The notes: a model not told the origin generated them from the letters alone. A DNA stretch of 56,454 nucleotides from an uncultured Rickettsiales bacterium (GCA_964426935.1 CAYRTW010000001.1:1-56454); one strand, 5' to 3'; numbered from the stretch's first letter, positions 36,001 through 43,130 are shown. Made by a program: numbers and translations.

Positions 36001-37208
36001 CAGTCCCCTCCGCAGGTGGTGTAACCGTCCCCATCGGTGTCAAAGCCCTCGTCGGCGGTGCCGTCACAGTCATCATCCTCCCCATCGCACACCTCCAGAG
36101 CCCCGGGATAGACTCCCCCGTCGCTGTCGTCGCAATCCCCCTCACAGGTAGTGTAACTGTCGGAATCCGAATCGAAGCCCTCGTCGATGGTGCCGTCGCA
36201 GTCATCGTCCTCCAGATCGCAGGTCTCCACCGCTCCGGGACGAACGGTGGCGTCCCCATCGTCGCAATCCCCCTCGCAGGTGGTGTAGCTGTCGGAATCG
36301 GTGTCGAACCCCTCATCGGCCACCCCATCGCAGTCGTCGTCCTCCCCATCACAGGTCTCCACCACCCCGGGATGGACCCCCGAGTCCCCGTCGTCGCAGT
36401 CATCACCACCGCAGGCATCATCGGAGTGGCCGTCCCCGTCCCCATCGCCGCAGGCCCCGGGGGGAGTGAATCGCAGGGAATACCCGGTCTGGACCATCCC
36501 GGTGGTGTTGCAGTCCACCTCCAGGACCGACCCGCTCTCCCCGGTGGAGTCGGCGATGCCCACCGTGGCCGAGGCGCCGTTGTTGCAGGCCCCGTCTCCC
36601 AAGGAGGTGTCCTGGTAGTGGAACTCCACGGTGCCGTCGGCCTCGAACAGCTCCACGGTGAAGGTGGCCCCGTTGCTGCCGCAGGTCATGTGCTCGTTGT
36701 CGATCCAAGACATGCGAAACACCTTGTTTCCCGTTGTCCCGGACGTGCTCCAGCCGATGACTGAGGTGATGGTGAGGGTGCCGCCGCCACAGAGGATGTA
36801 GTTGTTGTTGGCGTAATAATCGTCCCACAGGACCGCCAGGCGGGGCAGGGAGGTGCCGGTCATGGGGCAGGCGTTGGCGTCATCGCCCCCGTGGGTGGTG
36901 TTGTTGTTGGCGGTGGAGAGGTAGAGAACCCCGTTGGCGGAGATCACCGCCTTGCTGTAGCTGTTGCCGTAGAAGGAGAAGTTGAACCCCAGGGAGACGG
37001 TGTACCACTCCTCCTCGCACAGGCCCCCTCCTGCCCAGGGAGTCTCAGAAACACTGTCGTAGACGGGACCTCCTGGCTCCAGGGAATCCTTCCAGGTGTA
37101 GCCGTAGAAGTCGGGACCCCCGGTTCCCGCTTGAAGGGGGCTCCCCATTCCGGTGGCCAAGAAGGTCACCATGACCAAGAGGGAGAGGAGAAAGAGATGC
37201 CTGGTCAT
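33042..37208 (-). CDS. Giant secreted cell-surface protein. Order: signal peptide, NIDO-like domain, 13 MopE-like Cys/Asp modules, internal MYXO-CTERM-like segment plus second signal-like segment, 2 ASH/choice-of-anchor-D-like Ig domains, 5 MopE-like modules
   Basis: ATG at 37208 gives MTRHLFLLSLLVMVTFLATG. Eighteen modules of the form GDCDDxDxxxHPGAxExxDGxDDDCDG are present. The central EVVDLGTVAVGQEETRTLRLDNTGEATVEV and SVVDFGVVAVGDLAVAQVTVEASG resemble PapD/ASH-like domains. See the findings for the internal sorting signal. Confidence 0.8.
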   Translation of the reverse strand: MTRHLFLLSLLVMVTFLATGMGSPLQAGTGGPDFYGYTWKDSLEPGGPVYDSVSETPWAGGGLCEEEWYTVSLGFNFSFYGNSYSKAVISANGVLYLSTANNNTTHGGDDANACPMTGTSLPRLAVLWDDYYANNNYILCGGGTLTITSVIGWSTSGTTGNKVFRMSWIDNEHMTCGSNGATFTVELFEADGTVEFHYQDTSLGDGACNNGASATVGIADSTGESGSVLEVDCNTTGMVQTGYSLRFTPPGACGDGDGDGHSDDACGGDDCDDGDSGVHPGVVETCDGEDDDCDGVADEGFDTDSDSYTTCEGDCDDGDATVRPGAVETCDLEDDDCDGTIDEGFDSDSDSYTTCEGDCDDSDGGVYPGALEVCDGEDDDCDGTADEGFDTDGDGYTTCGGDCDDTRASVRPGIAESCNDRDDDCDGSIDEGFDVDGDSYTTCEGDCNDASSSIHPGRPETCNLIDDDCDGAVDDGLDVDGDGVLPCSGDCNDSDPAVKPGATEVCNGIDDDCDGGVDEGFDLDGDSYSTCGTPEDCWEGDGDTFPGAPETADGVDNDCDGTVDEGTSAYDDDGDGVTEEGGDCDDSDPELHPGATEEEDGVDSDCDGDLNEGSPAWDDDGDGYCEEGPCDDFSVPGDCHDDDPSIHPGAGEPIDGVDNDCDGVVDTAGGAGDSDDDGFSDGGGDCNDNDGGVHPGAAELENGVDEDCDGLTDEGTEGYDDDGDGFSEASGDCGDGDSGVHPGATEVENGVDEDCNGVVDDGTDGYDDDGDGFSEEGGDCDDGEGGIHPGASEEEDGVDQDCDGQVDEGTHAWDDDGDGSSEAEGDCDDSDPWVGATLQESCDHQDNDCDGEVDEGCEGADGDDDTPDGCTCDAGEREEAPRTGLGFLGSFAGLLWWRRRRFSPHPSPFLWKALLLVVAWLPLSQAACTSDVAVLQGQGELTLTPEVVDLGTVAVGQEETRTLRLDNTGEATVEVTSASIQEDDSGFFSAEGEVSGEIPPGESREMTVRYSPTTAGNHEAVLVVNSSGKDSQMEVILRGSAESPRASVHPSVVDFGVVAVGDLAVAQVTVEASGTVPLTLMDIAPMEESPFSVVLPGSISLPTSISPGSPLLLQVEALPLDSLSATLQVRLTTDDPSAPEVVVTLRVNTCDGGGAGSVDADGDGFSLCGGDCDDGDGSIHPGAIEQADGADDDCDGLTDEGTTAFDDDGDGLSEEEGDCHDGDENTWPGADEVEDGVDNDCDGVVDDGVGELDVDGDGFTASGGDCAPTDPSIHPGAEELADTLDNDCDGVVDEGTTGHDDDGDGFSEMGGDCHDGDPSLHPGATEVPNGLDDDCDGDTDEGTTLHDDDGDGFTEEGGDCDDSRAAVSPSATEVPGNATDEDCDGVAE
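33045..33767 (-). repeat. Second array of 5 MopE-like coding modules at the C-terminus of the same ORF
   Basis: GFSLCGGDCDDGDGSIHPGAIEQADGADDDCDGLTDEG and four further copies run to the stop codon. Confidence 0.8.
34608..36452 (-). repeat. Array of 13 tandem coding modules (about 110-125 bp each) encoding MopE-like putative metal-binding motifs
   Basis: The repeated peptide pattern ...SYTTCEGDCDDxDxxVxPGAxExCDxxDDDCDGxxDEGFDxDxD... is read directly from the translation. The first six copies are also near-periodic at DNA level. Confidence 0.8.
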
Positions 37209-37323
37209 GAAGGACTCCAGGGGGAGGGACTCGGGCCGGCGCGCCTGACGACAAGATAGCCCATCCCTCCAAGCGGCGATCCACCCCTCCCCTCTTCCGC
37301 CCCACAAGATGAAAAATCCGCCG

Positions 37324-38115
37324 TCAGCCTGGCCGGATCCCCAGGGCCACCGAGGTCATGGACAGGGTGCTGAAGGTCACGTCGTTGAACAGGGTGACCA
37401 CCTCCCCCGGCTCCCTCTGGGCCACCGCATAGAGAAGGGGGAGGTAATGCTCGGGGGTGGGAATGGCGAGGGAGGCCTCATGGCCCCATCGGGAAGGATT
37501 GGCCAGGGATTCCTGATCCCCGGTGAGGATGCACTCGTTGACCCGATGAGCAAAGCGAGGTACCCAGGGGGGTGATGCGGGATCATGAAATTGGAAGGCC
37601 CCCAGGTTGTGGACGATGTTGCCACTCCCCAGGATGAGGACCCCCTCTTCCCGCAGGGGTGCCAGCTTCCGTGCCAGCGCCAGGTGCCAGGAGCCGGGTC
37701 GACGGGTGTCCAAGCTCAGTTGCACCACTGGAATGTCGGCCTTGGGATACATGGGCAGAAGGACGCTCCAGGTCCCGTGATCCAGGCCCTTGGAAGAGTC
37801 GAGGCGCACCGGTTCGGGGGCCAGGAGGGAAGCGACCCGTTGGGCCAGGGCGGGCTCTCCAGGGGCGGGGTAGAGGGCTTCGAAGAGGGGTTGGGGGAAC
37901 CCGCCAAAGTCATGGATGGTCGGGGGATGGGAAACAGAAGTAACCGCTACTCCTGGGGTTTCCCAGTGGGCCGAGATGCACAGGATGGCTCGGGGACGAG
38001 GAAGGGACCGGCCCAGATCCCTCCAGGAGCGGCTGAACTCGTTGTCCTCGATGGCGTTCATGGGGGAGCCATGACCCACAAACAACACGGGCATGGAGAG
38101 GGGGGAGGCAGCCAA
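37324..38115 (-). CDS. ygiD: Class III extradiol dioxygenase, 4,5-DOPA dioxygenase (YgiD/LigB family)
   Basis: MPVLFVGHGSPMNAIEDNEF...AILCISAHWET and ILGSGNIVHNL are characteristic YgiD blocks. The start is TTG at 38115 or ATG at 38094. Confidence 0.85.
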   Translation of the reverse strand: MAASPLSMPVLFVGHGSPMNAIEDNEFSRSWRDLGRSLPRPRAILCISAHWETPGVAVTSVSHPPTIHDFGGFPQPLFEALYPAPGEPALAQRVASLLAPEPVRLDSSKGLDHGTWSVLLPMYPKADIPVVQLSLDTRRPGSWHLALARKLAPLREEGVLILGSGNIVHNLGAFQFHDPASPPWVPRFAHRVNECILTGDQESLANPSRWGHEASLAIPTPEHYLPLLYAVAQREPGEVVTLFNDVTFSTLSMTSVALGIRPG

Positions 38116-38375
38116 GGGAGGGTCCCGGGTGGGAGGAGGTGCCCCAGTATAGAGCGTGCTCCTCCCGGAAACAGGGCATCGTCTCCAGGCACCACGTCCT
38201 CAACGTCTCCGTTTCCGCTCTCCAACCCATCTCGGCACCCCTGGGGATCGGCCTCCCGCCTCGCCAGACCTTGAGGATATGAACCCTTCAAAATTTTTCC
38301 GGGACTGCTCGAAGATTTTCATTGACTCGCCCGAATCGCCAGGGCCAGACGGGGATCGAGGGTTGGCCATGATCA

Positions 38376-38410
38376 TCCACGCCACGCCACGCTACGCCAC
38401 GCCACGCTCC
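38376..38410. repeat. Tandem pentanucleotide repeat (GCCAC-like, 7 units)
   Basis: tccac gccac gccac gctac gccac gccac gctcc, read directly. It can also be read as two 15-bp units, gccacgccacgctNc. Confidence 0.9.
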
Positions 38411-38577
38411 ATCGTGCCCGTGGACCTCCTCGTCTCCTAGGGGAAGTCCCCGGGCCCGACGATCTGCCGGCGATAGCCAGGCCCGTGAGCCCCCTCGTCT
38501 TCCCCTCCTCGACCTGTTTCCACCCGGTTTCCCTATACCATTCGGGGATCCTCGCCGATCCCCTTCGAGGAGTATTC

Positions 38578-38688
38578 ATGAACCACGACGACGGTGAATT
38601 GCTCATCACCCATCCCTATGGAACCTGGCTTGCGGAACCACCCTCTCCACCGGGCAGGTCTTCCCAGTCCGGATTCCCCGGCCGGTAG
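38578..38688 (+). CDS. Possible 36-aa micro-ORF (MNHDDGELLITHPYGTWLAEPPSPPGRSSQSGFPGR)
   Basis: GAGGAG sits 5 nt upstream of the ATG. There is no homology evidence, and the ORF is short and Pro-rich. Speculative. Confidence 0.15.
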   Translation: MNHDDGELLITHPYGTWLAEPPSPPGRSSQSGFPGR

Positions 38689-38723
38689 GCAGGAGAGCGG
38701 TCAAGGCCCGGGTCTGGGCCGAG

Positions 38724-39240
38724 GTGGCCTCCCGCTCTGGGACCTGCGTCATCAACATCAATGTCCGGCACTCTCCCAATCCTCACGCCAAGAACTTCAA
38801 GGACTACGTGACCGGACTCATCAACAACGGCACCTCCACTGACACCGGGCTCCTCACTGACATCATCGACATTGACACCAACGGCATGATGGGCTCCTAC
38901 CTGGAGGTGGAACTCGCCGTCAGCGGTGGCATCGGGGCCACCTTTGTGGGTACCGTCTACATTGAGAGTCGCACGCGAAATGCCGTCCAACTATGGTTCA
39001 ACAGAGAATCCTGGTTCAAGGGTGGTTGGCATGGACTTCGCCAGCGAAACCAGCCTTGCGGACGCTGATGCACAAATTCGCGGGGTAGGACCCAATCAAG
39101 CGATTGGTCACCACATGGGGAATGTAGGAGATCTCAACGAAGACGGGTTCGGAGATTTTGCCATCCAAGGCTATGAGGCGACGTCGGACAAGTACCAATC
39201 GACGTTCATCTGGATTTTCTATGGTCGGCCTCGAAGTTGA
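38724..39240 (+). pseudogene. Fragmentary, frameshifted FG-GAP (integrin-alpha-like) repeat gene remnant
   Basis: Two overlapping ORFs in different frames (38724..39068 and 38926..39240). The second encodes ADAQIRGVGPNQAIGHHMGNVGDLNEDGFGDFAIQG...STFIWIFYG, a single canonical FG-GAP blade. There is no signal peptide and no further blades. Confidence 0.35.
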
Positions 39241-39356
39241 TCGCATAAATGAATGATCAGTTCTTAAAAAAGGGTGTGAGGAGCGTGTCATGACCTGCAT
39301 CAAGATGAGATCTCCTGATTCCATCGGCTCCTCACGGGTCTCGGACAACCCAGACC

Positions 39357-40385
39357 GTGACGGAACACAACGGCACCCGGGTCCGTCCTCCCCCCCCCCC
39401 TCTCACCCCCTTCTCCTGGTTAGCTGCCACCAGACCCACCCTGGGGTGGACTCCCGGCGGAGACCTGTCATGGGTTGCTTCAAATGAGTCTCTTCGTTCC
39501 CCATACCCTTGGAATGGTCCAGTGGGGGCCCATGGAACTCCCCTGGTAGGGTTGGATTCCGATCCACCATATGGTTTGGATAAGTTGCAAGCGGTCATCA
39601 CCGGGAATCCCATTCCTCACTCACCCAATGTACAAGCCTATAGCTTTACAAAAGCGGCCAGCTTCTTCCAGGACATCCCCCAACTTCGGACTGCTTTGGC
39701 GACTGGACTTGGAGAGGTGGTGGTCTCCTGGATCGAGCGGTACATCCCTCCTGTTCTGGGGATGGTCGCCGGGATGAAGGCCATGCAAAGTCATCGAGAT
39801 GATGACCCCAAAGATAAATCCGAGATACCTTCCACCTCGCTCATTGTTTTGGACAAAAGGGATTTGTACCAAAGTTCGAGGGCGATGCCCATGATTTCGG
39901 ACCCAACCTGCTGCGCGTCTTGCCCTCCCGAGAAACCCTCCTTCGTCGATTCTCGCCATCCCCCTCGATCCTCTGAAGCCCCCTTGGCTCCCGAGGTTCT
40001 GACCAATCCGTCTGAGCCCCTGACTCCTGTTGTTTCCGCCCCATGCGGAGCCCTCTCTGGCAACGCTTCCTCGGGTCGAACGGGGGTGAACTTCTGGCGT
40101 TTCCAGTTTGTTCGTCAGCCTGGCCAAAGGCGAACGATCAACGCAAGTGGTGATCCATTTCACAACAATGTGATGTCGCAGGGCACCCCTCTCCAACTCC
40201 TCAACGACGCCCAGAGGTTGGGAATCACCTGGCTACGACATACTGAAGATGGAGACGCATATCTAAACAAGATGTGGGTGGGTGACCTGTCCTGGTCTTC
40301 GGTGTTTACCCCTCCCCGTGATCCCTTGGAAAACCAATGCATCTGGACGATGGGGTACCATGAAGGGCCGAAGAGGGCTCTCTAG
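39357..40385 (+). CDS. Orphan Pro/Ser-rich protein, unknown function (probably the 3' part of a gene starting at ATG 39290 and interrupted at a C11 tract)
   Basis: A 342-codon open frame in a region of clearly lower GC, which is unlikely by chance. I recognise no motif. The annotated GTG start has no SD. The upstream ATG at 39290 has GAGGAG 6 nt upstream but is in another frame until the poly-C run. Confidence 0.45.
   Translation: MTEHNGTRVRPPPPPLTPFSWLAATRPTLGWTPGGDLSWVASNESLRSPYPWNGPVGAHGTPLVGLDSDPPYGLDKLQAVITGNPIPHSPNVQAYSFTKAASFFQDIPQLRTALATGLGEVVVSWIERYIPPVLGMVAGMKAMQSHRDDDPKDKSEIPSTSLIVLDKRDLYQSSRAMPMISDPTCCASCPPEKPSFVDSRHPPRSSEAPLAPEVLTNPSEPLTPVVSAPCGALSGNASSGRTGVNFWRFQFVRQPGQRRTINASGDPFHNNVMSQGTPLQLLNDAQRLGITWLRHTEDGDAYLNKMWVGDLSWSSVFTPPRDPLENQCIWTMGYHEGPKRAL
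39390..39400. repeat. C11 homopolymer tract
   Basis: cctc cccccccccc t, read directly. There are eleven consecutive C, at 39390-39400. Confidence 0.9.
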
Positions 40386-40507
40386 GACCCGCGACGCGGC
40401 GATCCGACCGTGCAGCAGCATTTCGTGTGATACTCAGAAACGAACCACAGAGTCCCAGAGATCACAGAGTCTGATTCCAGAAAATCAAGGAGGGTGTGAT
40501 CATCTCT

Positions 40508-40539
40508 CCGTTCCCTCCGTTCCTCCGCTCCTCCGTTTC
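40508..40539. repeat. Imperfect tandem CCGYTCCY repeat carrying three CCTCC (anti-SD-like) motifs
   Basis: ccgttccct ccgttcct ccgctcct ccgtttc, read directly. It is preceded by AAGGAGGG at 40487-40494. Confidence 0.7.
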
Positions 40540-40785
40540 AAAAAGGCCCTTGGAGTCGGTCGGCTGTTTCTGGAGTTGGGGACTACCTGAACGCATGCCT
40601 GCATTTTATCGCCAAGGCGTTGAACTGCCCGAAAAGAACCCGGTTCCTCCCCCCTTTTTTTCTCGCCGAAGCGGTTTGGAGCCGCAGGAGATACAGAGGG
40701 CACTGGGAGTACAGCGACGAGACTGGAGAATGGGGGTGGGACCGGGTTATTTATGATACCGACCAGACCACCGCCAACCAGGCCC

Positions 40786-42390
40786 CTACAAATCACTCCC
40801 AAACCACACCGGAATATGGTTGTTGCTGGCCAGGTCCTGTCCGATGAGATACAGGGCCGGGTAGGAGGTGACCGTGCCGGCGCTGTCTACCTTGAGAGGC
40901 GCCACCCACGCCTGGGGGTAGCCATGATGTCGCGTGGATGAGAAGGTCAGCAGGTACCAGCGGTCGCCCCCCGTCTCCTGCCAGGCAGGGGCCCACCGAG
41001 GCATGGAGTTGGTGATGCCCGGGCTTACCTGGTTCAGTTCCGGGGCAGCGTCGTTGGCCGCCAGGCGGAGAGGAGTGCCTCCTGAGGCGGGGATCAGCCA
41101 CACTTCGGCGTTGACACTGTTGATGGTGTAACCGTCGGTGCGGTTGAACACCAGCCAGCGCCCGTCGGGGGAGAATTGGGGGAAGTACTCGTTCCAGGAG
41201 GGATCGTCAGCCCCCACCACTTTGGAAGCGCCGCCACCGAAGCCGTCCCCATAGGGCATGCGCCACAGATCGAGGCCGCTGGTATCGTAGGCGAGACCAG
41301 TACCCGGGGATAGGGAGGAAACGTACACCACCTCCTGGCCATCGGGGGACCAGGTGGGCTCGGTAGCAGTACCCCCGTCCCCTGAGGCGGTCAAGGTGGT
41401 CACCACCCCGCTCACCAGACCAACCGAGATCAGGTGACCGTTCTGGTAGTGGATCACCCTGGGGTCGGCATCGTTCCAGTAGGCGGTGCTGAAGGCGGTG
41501 TAGCCCGAGTCGGCGGTGTCCAGGACCCCCTGGCTGGTTGGACTGGTGGAGGGGTAGTCGGTCAGATCGGCGGTTCGCAGCACGTCGATGCCGTACCCTG
41601 TCCCCGAGGCCAGCACCACCGTGGCTCCCAGGTAGTGCCCGTCGGGGGTGCCGGCGTGGCAGCCGACGCAATAGCCACCATTGTTCGCCGGTCCGTACAG
41701 GAGGGTGGGGTAGGTGGTGCCGAGCTGCACCTGCTGGAGGGAGCCGTCCAAGGTGGTCCAGTAGACGATGCGCCCCGGGGCGGTGAAGGGCAGGGGAGTG
41801 AAGGTGCGGGGAACGGTGGCCTTCCAAGGTCCGGAGAGGAGGGCCCCGGTTCCCAGGTCTATCTGGGCTCCAGTCACCGACAGGCTGGACAATTCCCCGG
41901 GGATCACCGCGCGCAGCCGAGCCCAGGTGGTGTCATCGGGAGTCCAGCCAGCGTCGGTGGTCAACACCCTCAGGGTGCAGGACTCGTTGGGGACCTCCAC
42001 CTCCAGCCAGAACAGGTTGGCCCCGCCGCCACCCGCCAACCAGCTCCACCCGGGCGCCGGCCAGTTTCCGGGATAGCGGGTGTCCTGCTGGGGGTAGACC
42101 ACTCCTGGCCCGAGGGTGTCATCCGGGGTGGCTCCCACCGCAAACAGGGAAGCCCAGGCGGCCTGGGCGGCTCCCCCGAGGAGGGGATCGCCGCAGAAGT
42201 GGTCACCGGGAGGGGACGTGGAGATGTCATCATCGCTGGAGGCGGTCGTGTCGTCATCCCCAGTGTCGTCGTCGGCGATGTCGTCGTCTCCGGGAGGGAG
42301 GCCGTCGCCGTCGTCGAAATCGACGGCGCAGGCGGCGAAGGCCAGGATCACGGCCAGCGGTGCCCAGGTGAGGCGGCTCGGGGGAGACAT
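40786..42390 (-). CDS. TolB-like (PD40/WD40-like beta-propeller) lipoprotein with acidic linker and a CxxCH motif
   Basis: ATG at 42390 gives MSPPSRLTWAPLAVILAFAAC (lipobox). PD40-like repeats are seen in TEPTWSPDGQEVVYVS and YFPQFSPDGRWLVFNR. CVGCH is at aa 266-270 of the tracked ORF. Confidence 0.7.
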   Translation of the reverse strand: MSPPSRLTWAPLAVILAFAACAVDFDDGDGLPPGDDDIADDDTGDDDTTASSDDDISTSPPGDHFCGDPLLGGAAQAAWASLFAVGATPDDTLGPGVVYPQQDTRYPGNWPAPGWSWLAGGGGANLFWLEVEVPNESCTLRVLTTDAGWTPDDTTWARLRAVIPGELSSLSVTGAQIDLGTGALLSGPWKATVPRTFTPLPFTAPGRIVYWTTLDGSLQQVQLGTTYPTLLYGPANNGGYCVGCHAGTPDGHYLGATVVLASGTGYGIDVLRTADLTDYPSTSPTSQGVLDTADSGYTAFSTAYWNDADPRVIHYQNGHLISVGLVSGVVTTLTASGDGGTATEPTWSPDGQEVVYVSSLSPGTGLAYDTSGLDLWRMPYGDGFGGGASKVVGADDPSWNEYFPQFSPDGRWLVFNRTDGYTINSVNAEVWLIPASGGTPLRLAANDAAPELNQVSPGITNSMPRWAPAWQETGGDRWYLLTFSSTRHHGYPQAWVAPLKVDSAGTVTSYPALYLIGQDLASNNHIPVWFGSDL

Positions 42391-42605
42391 GAGGGAACCT
42401 CCAGGCCAGCAGCATAGCGGAAAACGAGAAGACTCGGTCCTCCTCGGGGGCTCGCCCCTCCCCATCCCCCGGGAGACCTGTCCCCCCGGCGAGGACCCGG
42501 TCTATGGGGAGTGAGGCTCCCTCCTCCTCCCCTGCCCTCTCTCCTGGCACGTAAGATGCTTCCCGGTGGAGAGATACCCTCTTTCCACCCTCGCCGGAGC
42601 CCTCC

Positions 42606-43130
42606 ATGCGCCCCTCTCCTCTCCTCGCCCTCCTCGCCACCCTTCCCCTCACCGGCCCTGGATGCCACGTCATCATTGAAGAAGACGATGACTCCGCCGG
42701 CGACGACGACTCCGCCGGTGATGACGACTCCGCCGGCGATGACGACACGGCGGCAGAGGGGCCCGGCGGGCCCTCCACCGTCGACAATAGCTGTGCCCCT
42801 GACGACGGGCAGGCGGTGATGTTCACCTTCGGAATGGCCGACGAGACCTGCTGGTCCACCCTCTCCGACAAAGCCTCTCTGCGGATCCTCCTGTTTGGAT
42901 ACGCCAGCGACCCTCGGGAGCCGGGTTCCTTCGCCTTCGATTCGTCCACCGGGCAGGCGTGGTGGACCACGGCAGAGGGAGAATTCTGGGGGACCGACGG
43001 GGTGATTCAAGTAAATTCTAATGATGGCACGATCATCACTGGAAGCTATCTGGTGACCATGGACACCGGCGTCGCGGTGGGAGGAGGGTTTACCTCCCAG
43101 GTATGCTTGTCAGACGTACTCTGTGGCTGA
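42606..43130 (+). CDS. Small secreted/lipoprotein of unknown function with (DDSAGD)3 linker
   Basis: MRPSPLLALLATLPLTGPGC is a signal plus Cys. An acidic tandem repeat follows, then a roughly 120-aa Cys-containing domain. Confidence 0.6.
   Translation: MRPSPLLALLATLPLTGPGCHVIIEEDDDSAGDDDSAGDDDSAGDDDTAAEGPGGPSTVDNSCAPDDGQAVMFTFGMADETCWSTLSDKASLRILLFGYASDPREPGSFAFDSSTGQAWWTTAEGEFWGTDGVIQVNSNDGTIITGSYLVTMDTGVAVGGGFTSQVCLSDVLCG
42684..42755. repeat. 18-bp tandem repeat, 3 good copies plus 1 degenerate copy (encodes DDDSAG units)
   Basis: gacgatgactccgccggc / gacgacgactccgccggt / gatgacgactccgccggc / gatgacgacacggcggca. Confidence 0.9.

Noticed and set aside
33045-36452. Regularly spaced repeats that might have been a CRISPR array or a non-coding satellite.
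   Set aside because: The periodicity comes from protein-coding MopE-like modules in one continuous open frame. There is no repeat-spacer structure with identical short repeats, and there are no cas genes.
38156-38440. 94-aa ORF spanning the pentanucleotide repeat (...IIHATPRYATPRSIVPV...).
   Set aside because: It has no SD and no motif, and it starts inside the ygiD promoter region. The repeat-encoded segment looks like an accidental translation of the microsatellite.
40496-40756. 86-aa ORF starting at GTG 40496, right after AAGGAGGG.
   Set aside because: The SD-to-start spacing is only 1 nt. The product is low-complexity (PFPPFLRSSVSK..., PPFFSRRSG) with no motif. I treat it as non-coding and discuss it as a possible RNA element instead.
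38116-40790. tRNA, integrase or terminal inverted/direct repeats that would define the lower-GC island as an integrative or mobile element.
   Set aside because: I found no cloverleaf-like sequence, recombinase motif or matching end repeats by eye. The island is therefore reported only as a compositional and content anomaly, not as a mobile element.
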